64,000 nucleotides of DNA from Heteronotia binoei (lineage: Eukaryota): NCBI RefSeq assembly GCF_032191835.1, contig NC_083235.1:17918001-17982000 (forward strand), read 5' to 3'. Positions 44,981-56,545 of the stretch are shown piece by piece. Position numbers and translations under genes: made by a program. The stretch's first letter is position 1; each line of letters begins with the position of its first letter. The notes beneath the pieces are model-generated. The model was not told the origin of the DNA. It saw nothing but the letters and a program-made list of their open reading frames with translations, and ran no database searches.

Positions 44981-46221
44981 CTAAGCTCTTGCTCGGAATT
45001 TGTCTGGGTGCAGTAGGTAAAATTTCTTTAGTAAAGAGGGGGCCCGCAGGTCTAATGACTTCACCCACTCGTTGCAGCTTGGAGGGAAGTATTTCCAGCG
45101 GACCAGGTAGTACAATACCCCCCTTTGCACTTTTGAGTGCAGCACCTCCTGCACCTCATGGTGACTCTGACCCTTCACTTGAATAGGAGTGGGCTCTGGA
45201 GGGCGGGGGTGCCAAGACATAACTCCAGGGTCCTTTTGAAGAAGACTGCAGTGGAAAACGGTGAATTTTACTAAACATTTTAGGAAGCTCCAATTCTACT
45301 GTCACTTTGTTGATTACTCGTTTTATTTTGAATGGTCCCAGGAATTTGTATGCCAATTTTTTACAAGTCTGTGGTAATGGTAAGTTCTTTGTCGTCAGGA
45401 ACACACTCTCCCCCACTTTAAAGTCCCACTCTGGGGAGTGCTTCTTGTCAAAGTAAGCTTTGTAATCCTTCTTAGGCATCTCTAAATTTTCCTGGATGGC
45501 TTTCCAGCCCTTTTTTACACTTTCCCACCATTGCTGGCAGGAGGTAGGTGGCGCTGTTCCCTCGGAACCCAGTAGCAAGGGGAACGGCTTTCCTTCGTAG
45601 CCATTCACGATTTGAAATGGTGAGGCTTTGGTGGAGCTGTGCACGCTGTTATTGTACCCATATTCTGCAAACGGGAGTAGCTCCACCCAATTAGACTGTT
45701 TGTAGTTTACATAGCACCTTAAATACTGTTCGAGAAGGCCGTTTACACTTTCCGTCTGTCCGTCCGTCTGGGGGTGGTAGGCGGAACTTAGTCCCTGCTC
45801 TATGCCCGCCATTTTGCAAAACTCCCACCAGAAGTTGGCAACGAACTGCGGCCCGCGGTCACTAATTACGTTGTCAGAGAATGAGTGTAGTTTAACCACA
45901 TGCTGGAAATACAAGTAAGCTAGCTTTTTAGCAGTGGGGAGCTGTTTGCAAGGGATGAAGTGGGCTTGCTTTGAAAAAGTGTCCACCACCACCAAGATCA
46001 CTGTTTTCCTCTGTGAAGCCGGGAGCTCCACTATGAAGCCCATAGAGACTACTGACCATGGTCTGGCAGCTGTGGGGGTGGGTTGAAGTAATCCCGGTGG
46101 TTTTCCCCCCCTCCACTTAGCCATGATACAAATAGGGCATGATCCCACAAATACAGAAATGTCCTTTTTCATTTGTGGCCACCAGGTGATTTACTAGGTG
46201 CAGTGTCCTTACATAGCCAAA
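44981..46221 (-). mobile_element. chromodomain-bearing Ty3/Gypsy integrase fragment, 5' part deleted
   Basis: CPIC, VVVDTFSKQAHF, ISDRGPQF, SSAYHPQTDGQTE, FLGPFKI; chromodomain EVQEVLHSK...YYLVRWKYFPPSCNEWV in 44981-45220. Confidence 0.92.
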
Positions 46222-46581
46222 GCTTCTTGTCCTCCTTTCTTGCTAAGGCAATATTAGTTGACATGTTTACACCAATTTTGTCCTAACACCTGATGTCATA
46301 ATTGTCATTCCCCACTCATTTTGTCCAATATAATATATCCGCTAAATCAAACCAGATTAATTTCCATTACAGAAGTTGCTTGTAATCTCAAGGGACAAAT
46401 TTATGACCATGTTTCTTGGAAGCAAGAAATCATCACTAGCAGTTGTTTCCCTCTGAACATGGCAAAACAGAGACTTGTTGGCCATCACAGTTGATGACTT
46501 ACACAGATTTCAGCATTAAAATGGGGTCCTGTGTATAATAAAGGTTACCATAAGAAGAAGTAGAGTGTGTGGTGCTTGCCT

Positions 46582-47514
46582 TTAGTCAGACTTTTCCCTT
46601 CCAAACAACCTCCAGAAAGCTCCCTTCACCTCCTTGTTCCTCAAGCTGTAGATCAGGGGGTTGAGCAAGGGAGTCAAAACCCCGTACATTAAAGATATGA
46701 TCTTATCTTGATCCGAAGCAGATTTTTCTTGAGGTTTCAAGTACATGATCATGATTGTACCGTAAAAGATACTGACCACCGTAATGTGCGAACTACAGGT
46801 GGAGAAGGCTTTCTTCCGTCCATGTGTTGAGCGAATGCGCAGGACTGCTAAGCCTATGCGCCCGTATGTCAGAACAATGAAGCCAAAGGGGGGTATTAGG
46901 ATAAAGAAGCTGCTAAGTTGCATATAGAGTTCAGTTATGAATATGTCAGAGCAGGCCAGTTTAAGGAATGTTTGTAGTTCACATGCAAAATGTTTAATGA
47001 TGTTTTGTCCACAGAACTTGGTTGGCTGCAACAGTATATTGATCAAGGTATTTAGTGATGCAAGGACCACACATAAAGACACTAAACCAGTACAAAATCT
47101 CCAGCTCATGATTTGCATATAGTGGAGTGGCCGACATATTGCTGCAAAGCGGTCATATGCCATGACAGCCAGAAGAAGACATTCTATTACAACGAGTAAT
47201 AGACCGACATACATCTGAACCAAGCACCTACGGAAGGAGACTGTGGGCCTGTAAAAGAAGCAGTTGACCAGGATTTCAGGAATTGCATTGTTGGAGAGGA
47301 TGAGATCCACTGAGGAGAGGATGCAAAGAAAGAAATACATGGGAGAATGAAGATGAGAGTCTACAATAATCAATATGACGATGGAGCTATTCCCAAGAAA
47401 GCTTATGATGTATACCAGCAAGAGGAAGCAAAAGAACACAGCCTGTGCTTGGGGGTGTTCAGAAAATCCAATCAATATGAATTCAGTCACCACTGTGTCA
47501 TTTGGAGCTCCCAT
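46582..47514 (-). CDS. olfactory receptor, class II, intact (OR4; recent paralog of OR3)
   Basis: 310 aa with all OR motifs. The unit 46222-50145 matches 36363-40078. Confidence 0.97.
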   Translation of the reverse strand: MGAPNDTVVTEFILIGFSEHPQAQAVFFCFLLLVYIISFLGNSSIVILIIVDSHLHSPMYFFLCILSSVDLILSNNAIPEILVNCFFYRPTVSFRRCLVQMYVGLLLVVIECLLLAVMAYDRFAAICRPLHYMQIMSWRFCTGLVSLCVVLASLNTLINILLQPTKFCGQNIIKHFACELQTFLKLACSDIFITELYMQLSSFFILIPPFGFIVLTYGRIGLAVLRIRSTHGRKKAFSTCSSHITVVSIFYGTIMIMYLKPQEKSASDQDKIISLMYGVLTPLLNPLIYSLRNKEVKGAFWRLFGREKSD

Positions 47515-48789
47515 GTCGCATCCTCTGCCTTGTCACTTCTGTAGGAAAGAATAAATGACTTGTTTAGAAGTAGCCCAGGCAAGGTTTTATGTGAAGCCAA
47601 ATCTTTGGTTCACCAACGCTTGACTGACATTGAGGTTCAAAGTGATGAATCACTCTTACCCAGCATGTATAGGAGGTTAAAAATCTTGGTCTGGATTTGC
47701 TGCAGCCCCATATTTATCTAACATCACATATGAAAAGTGTAGATGGGCCTTTTCCAGGGCACATTTTGATGCCCTCCCTTCTAAGATATTGCAAGGAAGA
47801 TTTCTTTGCTGACCTATCCACCAAAGATGCTGCATATGCTCAGAAAAGGAAGTTGAAGCTGCCACTCACATTTTTTTACATTGCGAGCTCTATTCCAGAG
47901 AGAGACATCAGTTAATATTGCCATTACTCTTGAAATGTAAACCTCTAAATAATTATCTGAAATTTGCAGATGTCGTGCTACTGAAATACTTATTGGAAGA
48001 TACTAAGAAGTCTGTAACTCAGGCAGTAGCAAAATATTGTTTCTTAGCCATAAATAAGTGGAAGTTTTTAACAGATGGTTAATAATGCCATTTTTAAGGA
48101 TTAACATTGGTGGAATATGAGAATGCTTTTATGTAGTCAGAAATTATGGTCTGTGACTATAAGATTTTGCATATTGTTATTGCTGGTGAATTGACAGTAA
48201 TAAATTGGAAACTGGAACTGGAAAACGTTGAAATGTTTTTTTGAATTCTGGACCCGGGATATTTGTCTTTCTGAACCCAGTGCAGTGTAAACAAAATTAA
48301 GTTAATGAGACTTCAGTCCATCTAATTTCATGGTTTTTTAAAGGTAATTGATCATCATCAATTATTGATGCTCACAAACCAATTGATCATAATTGAGCTT
48401 GTTTGCAAGGAGGGCAGGATACAAATAGAAATATATAAAATAAAATATAAATAAATAAATCATAAGCATATAAAAAGATACAAAATCAATCTGAAATACA
48501 TTTAAGTCATAAAATTCACTACCTCCCAATTTAGTACCATCTGCAAATTTAATAATCGTTCCCTCTATTCCTTCATCCAAATCAGTTATAAAGATGTTGA
48601 ACAAAACAGGCCTCGGAACAGATCCTTGAGGCACTCCGCTTGTCACTCCTCTCCATTCACAAGCACTCTTTTGGTGCGATCTGTCAGCCAGTTACAGATC
48701 CACCTAACAGTAACAGGATTCAAAACACATTTTACAAATTTTTCAACTAGAATATTACATGGAACCTTATCAAAAGCTTTACTGGTAAG

Positions 48790-50175
48790 GTTCCACATAA
48801 TATTCTTGTTGACAAATTGGTTAAATGTGGTTTTGTACAGAACTAGGTTCAGCAGCCCAGAACCCAGGAATAAAGATTCAAAGTCAAAACTTTGTGGCTT
48901 TATTCATTAACTCAATGGTGGTTTTATTTATTTACGGATCTGCGCCATAAAATCATCAAGCCTTGGCAAACTCACACTTGCTCAAAGCTCAGCAGCTCAG
49001 GAGAGTAGCGGCTCACAAGAAATCGTCACCAAGAGGTGACAAGCTTCATTAACCTGCATATACTATTCACCATCACCCTAAATTCAGCCAAGCACAATAA
49101 CTTCTATTTGTTATTTGCTATCTGTGGTGTTTGGCCACATATCCTTAGGCTTTGAGCAGCAAATCTGGACTCCATAGCTAGCTACAGCCTCACCAGTCAT
49201 CCAACTGATCAGTCCCAGTTATACATCTAGCCTTTGATGGGAAGCAGAAGAAGAAAGCCCCTGTTCCAAGCCAGGTTTAAAGTAGTGCTGTGAAAGACGA
49301 AGAAGACAGCTGGATGGGATTGCTTGCTGCAAGTGAAGTCTCAAAAACCAAAAATGCAGAGTCTGGCACATATTTGGCCAAACAAATGTCCTCTAGTTCT
49401 CCACTGGAAGTTTGCGTCCGAACTCAAGAGCACCAAAGGAAATACCCAGTTGTTTGGCTCTGAGGATGAACAGCATTTACCCACATATTACTTCGGTCAG
49501 TAATGGGGTTTTACTTACTTGTGAGGTCCAGACCATAGGCGGGAAGTCTTCAATACGTATCCTTCATTCTATGCTACAGCAAAAAAACTGTAAGAAAACC
49601 TTTGACACTAGCAGCCTAGCCTTCCTCTTCAAGGCCAGATAATTTAACTAAATTTAGTCCTTTTCTATGAGTACACAGCCCAGTTCAAAGTTGTTTGCTG
49701 AGGTCATTTTTTCACTAACAGTTTCAGCCTTGGACAGATGACTTAGAAGAGAGAGGTCCAGAAGTTTTGTGTTTGGTGGGATGGCAAGTGAAACTGATCA
49801 ACTCTCCAAGAATGCTTGTAGCTTCCAAGGAGTAGAGTGAAGAAGATGGCAAAAAGCTGATGTTCCTTTTCAAAGAAGTTCTGGGAACAATGGCTTAGCT
49901 GGGGCATATGAAGAGATCTGCTCTTCATTCTTGTGAAAAGAACAGCTCTGCTGGTTTCTGTGGTATTAGAGGTCCTCTTGGAATAGTACGCAGAAGACTT
50001 AAGTAGAACTCCTAGGAAATCACTTCAAATGAATACTTTCGGCTCAAAGACTAATTACTCTTTCATCTTATTTAAACTTTAAGAATGCTATGGGGAACGT
50101 AGATGTAAGGAATAGTTGGGTAAACATCACAGTTTTCACTGTGTTCCATTTCAGTGTCCTGGGTCATTATCAATA
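48790..50175 (-). promoter_or_regulatory. OR4 upstream module
   Basis: Acceptor TTTTCTTACAG at 49588, donor GTAAGT at 49518, CTAATTAC at about 50051. Confidence 0.55.
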
Positions 50176-50330
50176 TATAGGTATGGGCACAAATTAGCTT
50201 CTGAACTAGCATTCATTATGAATTTTGGCCGATCTGTAGTTCATGAAGCCATGTTCATGATCTGAAGAGCTGCCATGAACTTCCACAGAACTTCCACTAT
50301 ATCTCTCGGCTTGGCTTCGCGAACGAAGAT

Positions 50331-53300
50331 TTAAGAAGGGTGCAATAGTCCACGTTTGCTGCAGGCTCGCTGGTGGCTGACAAGACCAATGTGGGACAGG
50401 CAGGTCCGGCCACAGCGGCTGCAGGGAAAAGTCTGATTTAGGGTTGGTCCTGTAGCAGTGCGATTCTTCCTCAATCTCCTTTTGTCCTCAAGACCAGCTA
50501 TGCGTGTGTTCTCAAAGGAAGAGACAGCCTGGTGGATGGTGTGCCTCCATGCTTTGCGATCTGAGGCTAGGTCAGACCACTGGTGATGGTTGATGTGACA
50601 GGTGCTAAGGGATTTCTTCAAGGAGTCCTTGTACCTCTTCTTTGGTGCCCCTCTATTTCGATGGCCGGTGGAGAGTTCGCCATACAGGGCAATCTTGGGA
50701 AGGCGGTGGTTTTCCATCCTAGAAATATGCCCCGCCCAGCGCAGCTGCGTCTTCAACAGCAGTGCCTCGATGCTGGTAACCTCTGCCCGCTTGAGGACTT
50801 CAGTGTTGGTCACAAAGTCACTCCAGTGGATGTTGAGGATGGTGCGAAGGCAGCGCTGATGAAAGCGCTCAAGGAGTCGCAGGTGATGACGGTATAAAAC
50901 CCACGATTCGGAGCCATAGATGAGGGTTGTCATCACAACCGCTTTGTAAACATTGATCTTTGTGCCTTTTTTCAGATGCTTGTTGCTCCACACTCTTTTG
51001 TGCAGTCGGCCAAATGCACGGTTTGCCTTTGCCAGCCTGTTGTCAATCTCCTTGTCGATCTTGGCATCTGAGGAGATGATGCACCCCAGGTAGCTGAACT
51101 GCTGGACTGTCTTCAGAACTGATTCACCCACAGTGATGCAGGGAGGGTGATAATCTTCCTGGGGTGCAGGCTGGTGGAGAACTTCTGTCTTCTTCAGACT
51201 AACTTCTAGGCCGAATAGCTTGGCAGCCTCTGCAAAGCAGGAAGTCATATGCTGCAGAGCTGATACCAAGTGGGAGACGAGTGCAGCATCATCAGCAAAC
51301 AGTAGCTCTCGGATGAGTTTTTCCATTGTCTTGGAGTGTGCCTTTAGTCGCCTCAGGTTGAACAGGCTGCCATCGGTGCGATAGCGGATGTAGACACCAT
51401 CGTCCTCATCTAGATCTACTGCGGCTCTTTGAAGCATCATGCTAAAGAAGATCGTAAAGAGAGTTGGCGCGAGAACGCAGCCTTGCTTTACACCTGTGCC
51501 TATTGGGAAGGGCTCCGAGAGGTCGTTGCAGTGTCTGACTTGGCCTCGCTGGTCTTCGTGTAGCTGGATGATCATGCTGAGGAACCTTGGGGGACATCCT
51601 AAACGTTCCAAGATTTGCCACAGGCCTTTCCTGCTAACGGTATCGAAAGCTTTGGTAAGGTCGACAAAAGTCACATACAGACCCTTGTTCTGTTCCCTGC
51701 ATTTCTCTTGGAGCTGCCTGAGAACAAATACCATGTCGGTGGTGCTCCTGTTAGCTCTGAAGCCGCACTGGCTCTCTGGGAGGAGTTCTTCTGCAATGGT
51801 GGGCACCAGTCTGTTCAGGAGTATTCTGGCAAGGATTTTGCCTGCGATGGAGAGCAGGGTTATCCCCCGGTAGTTGGAGCAGTCTGACTTTTCCCCTTTG
51901 TTCTTGTATAGGGTGATGATGATTGCATCGCGAAAGTCCTGTGGTAATTTGCCTTGTTCCCAGCAGGTGACAAGTACTTTGTGAAGTGAGCTATGTAGTA
52001 CTGTGCCCCCATGCTTCCAGATCTCTGGTGGAATTCCATCAACTCCTGCTGCCTTGCCACTTTTCAGTTGCTTGATGGCTTTAACAGTCTCTTCTAGGGT
52101 GGGGATCTCATCCAACTCTGTTTTCACCGGTTGAAGTGGGGTGAGGTGGATTGCTGAATCTTGAACTACGCGGTTGGCACTGAAGAGAACCTGAAAATAC
52201 TCCGACCACCGGTTCAGTATGGATGCCTTGTCTGTGAGGAGCACTTGGCCGTCTGCACTATGCAAGGGGCTCTGAGCCTGATATGATGGACCATATACTG
52301 CCTTCAGGGCTTCGTAGAACCCTCTTAAATCACCAGTGTCTGCACACAGCTGGGTTCTCTCGGCAAGCTTGGTCCACCACTCGTTCTGAATGTCTCGAAG
52401 CTTGTGCTGGAGGTTGCTACATGCAGCGCGAAAGGTTGCTTTTTTCCCAGGACAGGAGGGCTGAGCAAGATGTGCTTGGTAGGCAGATCTCTTTTTTGCC
52501 AGTAATTCTTGGATCTCTTGATTGTTCTCATCAAACCAGTCCTTGTTCTTCCTTGTGGAGAACCCGAGGACTTCTTCAGAGATCTGCAGGACGGTAGTTT
52601 TTAGGTGTTCCCAGAGTGCTTCTGGAGAAGGGTCTGTGGGGCAACTGAGGTCCTCAATTCTTGACTGGAGTTTTGCCTGGAAGGCAGCTTTAACTTCGGC
52701 TGACTGGAGGCTGCCAACCTGAAACTTCCTCCGAGGGATACCTCCTCTCCTGGGTGTGGGTTTAAAGTGAAGACGGAGATTGCAGCGTACAAGACGATGA
52801 TCCGTATGACATTCTGCGCTGGGCATTACTCGGGTGTGTAAGACATCTCGAAGGTCTCTCTGGCGCACCAGAATGTAGTCGATAAGGTGCCAATGCTTGG
52901 ACCGTGGGTGCATCCAGGTTGTCTTCAGACTGTTCTTCTGCTGGAAGATAGTGTTGGTGATGGTGAGCTGGTGCTCCATGCAGAATTCTAGCAGGAGGCG
53001 CCCGTTGTCATTGCAGTTGCCAATGCCGTGTTTGCCAAGTACTCCTTTCCAGGCTTCCGAGTCTTTACCTACTCTGGCATTGAAGTCGCCAAGGATGATC
53101 ACCTTGTCCTCTGTAGGGGTCTTCCGTATGAGGTTGCGTAGATCAGCATAGAACTTGTTCTTTTCTGCAGGATCTGCTTGAAGGGTTGGGGCATACACAC
53201 TGAAGAGTGTTGCATGCTGCTTGTTTTGAAGTGGGAGGCGCATGGACATGATGCGATCTGAGTGACCTGTTGGCAGGTTTTCGAGTTTGGAGGCAATGGA

Positions 53301-53555
53301 GTTCCTGACCATGAAGCCAACGCCAGAAAGGCGGCTCTCGGCCTTTGACTTACCCGACCAGTAGAGGGTATAGCCAGCACCGTGTTCTTGAAGACTACCT
53401 TCCTCAGGGAAACGGACCTCACTGAGAGCTGCTATGTCGATATTCAACCTGAGAAGTTCGTGGGCAACTAGAGCAGAGCGTCGTTCAGGGCGACCACTGC
53501 CTACTGTGTCAAGCATGGTTCTGATGTTCCAACACGCAAGCTTTAGTCTTTGCAC
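50331..53555 (-). CDS. RTE APE-endonuclease/reverse transcriptase with C-terminal C2H2 finger, intact
   Basis: 1074 aa: WNIRT, ALSEVR, GDFNARVG, IDYI, TDH, QCGFR, FVDLTKAFDTV, GVKQGCVLAP, FADDAAL, CSRCGRTC..H....C. The first codon at 53555 is GTG. Confidence 0.93.
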   Translation of the reverse strand: MQRLKLACWNIRTMLDTVGSGRPERRSALVAHELLRLNIDIAALSEVRFPEEGSLQEHGAGYTLYWSGKSKAESRLSGVGFMVRNSIASKLENLPTGHSDRIMSMRLPLQNKQHATLFSVYAPTLQADPAEKNKFYADLRNLIRKTPTEDKVIILGDFNARVGKDSEAWKGVLGKHGIGNCNDNGRLLLEFCMEHQLTITNTIFQQKNSLKTTWMHPRSKHWHLIDYILVRQRDLRDVLHTRVMPSAECHTDHRLVRCNLRLHFKPTPRRGGIPRRKFQVGSLQSAEVKAAFQAKLQSRIEDLSCPTDPSPEALWEHLKTTVLQISEEVLGFSTRKNKDWFDENNQEIQELLAKKRSAYQAHLAQPSCPGKKATFRAACSNLQHKLRDIQNEWWTKLAERTQLCADTGDLRGFYEALKAVYGPSYQAQSPLHSADGQVLLTDKASILNRWSEYFQVLFSANRVVQDSAIHLTPLQPVKTELDEIPTLEETVKAIKQLKSGKAAGVDGIPPEIWKHGGTVLHSSLHKVLVTCWEQGKLPQDFRDAIIITLYKNKGEKSDCSNYRGITLLSIAGKILARILLNRLVPTIAEELLPESQCGFRANRSTTDMVFVLRQLQEKCREQNKGLYVTFVDLTKAFDTVSRKGLWQILERLGCPPRFLSMIIQLHEDQRGQVRHCNDLSEPFPIGTGVKQGCVLAPTLFTIFFSMMLQRAAVDLDEDDGVYIRYRTDGSLFNLRRLKAHSKTMEKLIRELLFADDAALVSHLVSALQHMTSCFAEAAKLFGLEVSLKKTEVLHQPAPQEDYHPPCITVGESVLKTVQQFSYLGCIISSDAKIDKEIDNRLAKANRAFGRLHKRVWSNKHLKKGTKINVYKAVVMTTLIYGSESWVLYRHHLRLLERFHQRCLRTILNIHWSDFVTNTEVLKRAEVTSIEALLLKTQLRWAGHISRMENHRLPKIALYGELSTGHRNRGAPKKRYKDSLKKSLSTCHINHHQWSDLASDRKAWRHTIHQAVSSFENTRIAGLEDKRRLRKNRTATGPTLNQTFPCSRCGRTCLSHIGLVSHQRACSKRGLLHPS

Positions 53556-54174
53556 ACTTTGTGAGGCAGGTGCATGCCTTTTCTTTGTTGTTATTTTTCG
53601 ACCGCAAGTAAGGATGCCCGTTGACCGCGGCTAGCCAACTGGGGTGGGGGAGACGAGTTTTGTTTAGGCCACCTTTTCTAGGACCCTCTCCGTGTGGAGC
53701 AAGCAGTGCTGTCCCTAGATAAGGCTGCTTGGTCGTTCAGGGTGCTGCCGAAAGATGCTTTCGTCTCCGGGTTAGCATCAGGCGACCAATATCCTGAACC
53801 GCCTACATGCAGGATCGGGACTGCGGCTTCCAGTGGCACCTTCCACCTGCCGTTTCGCCCCTTGCCCATCGCTGCAGGACTTGATGCGTTGTGGGTTGTG
53901 TGTGTGGATATGCCCTTCAGGCCTGCGCAGAGGAATTTTTTAGGTGAAGCGCAGTGTGCGCGGTACTGGCTCCACCCTTTCACCTGGGGGTCATCTGCCA
54001 TGGCCCAGTAAGCCGGGACGCCGGCAGCGAGTCCTCCAGGTGGTAGGTGTTACATTAACGAGCTCTATCTGCCCGGGTTTGATGTTAGAGTTTTCCTTCT
54101 CTTAGGCTGACGAAGTTGGTGGGCCCAGCCTGCCCATCCGGTTATACAGCCGGACAATTCGGTCGCACCATGAC

Positions 54175-54389
54175 GTAGCAAACTCTGTGAAAACGGGGGG
54201 GACCAGCGAGAAGGTGTTGCTACGGATGCAGTAATGCAGGAGAGGCCATTGCAGTGACCATCTGCCAGGCATAGCCAGACAGTGACCACGCGGCGTTCAC
54301 TACACCGGGAGAGGAGAGGCTATGTATTGCGCATGCACTTTCCCTGGGGGGGTAGGATTCCCAGAGGGAGCCCACCCCCCACCACCCCA
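54175..54389 (-). ncRNA. candidate HDV-like self-cleaving ribozyme at the RTE 5' end
   Basis: P2 GUAGCAA/UUGCUAC, P3-L3 ACC-UUCUCGCU-GGU, P1' C7 followed by GU, G-runs at the element 5' terminus. Folded by eye only. Confidence 0.45.
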
Positions 54390-54665
54390 CCACTATATAT
54401 GTCTTCCTCTTCCATGCGTGCTCCCAGCATTTCAAATTTGGTTAAGCATCAGCATTCTTAACAACACTGTTGATCTATTCTTTAGAATATGACAATATAT
54501 AGGGGATTCACAGACAACATTTTTATGATTTATTCCAATAAGGATAAAATTAATTTTATATGGATTTATATGTCTGTCAGTCTCAAATAGGAGCCATTCT
54601 ATTCTTAGACACAGTAGCATATCTTAACTCTAGAGGAACTGTAGCAGTTAGAACTTAATCTAAAC

Positions 54666-55092
54666 AAAAGGTAAAAAAGGTAGTCCCTTGTGCAAGCACC
54701 AGCCATTTTCGACTCTGGGGTGACATTGCTTTCACAAACCCTCTGGGATCAAACTCAGGTCATGAGCAGGGAGCTCAGACTGCAGTACTGCAGCTTTACC
54801 ATGGGGCTCTTAAAGGTAAAGGTAGTCCCCTGTGCAGAGTCATTTCCAACTCTGGGGTGACGTTGGTTTCACAACATTTTCACGGCAGACTTTTTTACGG
54901 GGTGGTTTGCCATTGCCTTCCCCAGTCATCTACACTTTCCCCCCTGCAAGCTGGGTACTTATTTGACCAACCTCGGAAGGATGGAAGGGTGAGTCAACCT
55001 CTAGCTGGCTCCCTGAACCCAGCTTCCACCAGGATCAAACTCAGGTCATGAACAGAGTACTGCAGCTTTACCACTATGTGCCACAGGGCTCT
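54666..55092 (-). mobile_element. two Sauria-SINE (Squam1)-like copies, the first internally deleted
   Basis: AAAGGTAAAGGTAGTCCCCTGTGCA starts at about 54666 and 54812, i.e. an (ACCTTT)n tail on the minus strand. Body GGGTGGTTTGCCATTGCCTTCCC...GGAAGGATGGAAGG. Confidence 0.7.
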
Positions 55093-55535
55093 TTGTTAAA
55101 TGATTACAGCTTATGTAAAGTTCATGTTGATGCTCTATGCCTGATCTATGCCTGATCTACAGAGACTTGTTTTTAATCTTTCACATTCTGTACACCATAT
55201 GACAATATCTAATTTTTAGGTTAGCTTGACTTTGCTAACATTGTCATTGGCACCATACCCTATGCATTATGTATAATACATTACAGCAGGTACTTTAAAC
55301 CACATTAATTTCCATTATGAAAGTCAATCACGTGTAGGAAACAGCTGGAATCTCAGCAAGTGATAAATATTTTTCCATGTTTCTGTGCAGCAAGAAATCA
55401 GCACTGGCAGGAGTTTCCCACAGCACATGACGTGTCGGTCATCACAGTGGACAAATTGCACAAGTTTGAGCATTAAAATGGGATTCTGTGTATAACAACA
55501 GTTACTAAAAGAAGTTAAGTGTATGGTGCTCATCT

Positions 55536-56545
55536 TTATTCCAACATTTTACTTCTAAACACTCTCCAGAAAGCTCCTTTCACAAGGATGTGACCAGAAT
55601 CTATGACAAGGCTTCTCAAGTAGATGTAAAAGAAGTTTTAATTAAGAAACTTATCGCAAACACTTGTAGCATGTGTGTGGAAGGCTATTGCCTTGCCAGA
55701 CCAACTTAAAACAAAATTTACAAGTAGATATGGATTATAGGTTAACAGTCCATCATCTCTCCCACCTAAATCTCCCGCCCAGAAGTCTTTGAAACATTTT
55801 TCAGGACTCAATGCTAGTCTCTATCAGAGACGCATTCCAGTTGGTAGACATCTTCCGTTGGTACCTATCGCCGTTGCCAGAGAGTTGAGATTAGGCTCAA
55901 GATTCTCACAGTGCCTTTCACTTTGCCATGATTTTCTTTCCCACTAATATTAGGTAAACATGTCTTATACATTCTAAAGAAATTGTCAATGAAGAAATAC
56001 ATGGAATATATATGTAGGTTAGAACATGATAGAAGAAGAAGAAGATATTGGATTTATATCCCGCCCTCCACTCCGAAGAGTCTCAGAGCGGCTCACAATC
56101 TCCTTTACCCTCCTCCCCCACAACAAACACCCTGTGAGGTGGGTGGGGCTGGAGAGGGCTCTCACAGCAGCTGCCCTTTCAAGGACAACCTCTGCCAGGG
56201 CTATGGCTGACCCAAGGCCATTCCAGCAGGTGCATGTGGAGGAGTGGGGAATCAAACCCGGTTCTCCCAGATAAGAGTCCGCACACTTAACCACTTCACC
56301 AAACTGGCTCTCCATTGATAACATTGTGATTACACGTGTTAGTGCAGTTGAATATATAAAAGGATGTAATGGATAATTGGGGTCTCATAAGCAATGATAA
56401 TACCACTGTGGGAGATTGCTGGGTTAGTTTAATCCACAACTTTAAGACAGGTCCCTGGCAGAGACTTGTACCTGACACCTTGTTCTTCAAAAACCCCATA
56501 CAGTAAAGGTATGACCTTATCTTGACCTGAAGCAGATTTTTCTCT
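55536..56545 (-). pseudogene. second copy of the split relic OR 3' end
   Basis: VKGAFWRVFRSKMLE* at about 55536-55582 and [18 protein letters not shown] at 56478-56545. The block 55280-56790 matches 34095-36350. Confidence 0.7.
56031..56312 (-). mobile_element. Squam3-like SINE, young
   Basis: Full length with CpGs retained. It is absent from the paralogous block near 35450. Confidence 0.9.

Larger units (their letters stand above)
50303..54389 (-). mobile_element. full-length RTE-clade LINE
   Basis: 9-bp TSD CCACTATAT (50294-50302 / 54390-54398), about 830-nt 5' region, single long ORF, short GA tail. Confidence 0.95.

Noticed and set aside
36363-50145. OR3/OR4 as a false haplotype duplication
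   Set aside because: The units differ by indels, unit-specific TE insertions and a 23%-divergent coding patch, which is more than expected for alleles. It cannot be fully excluded without read depth.
50331-53555. BovB assignment
   Set aside because: The N-terminal endonuclease sequence and C2H2 tail do not match BovB as I recall it; called RTE clade only.
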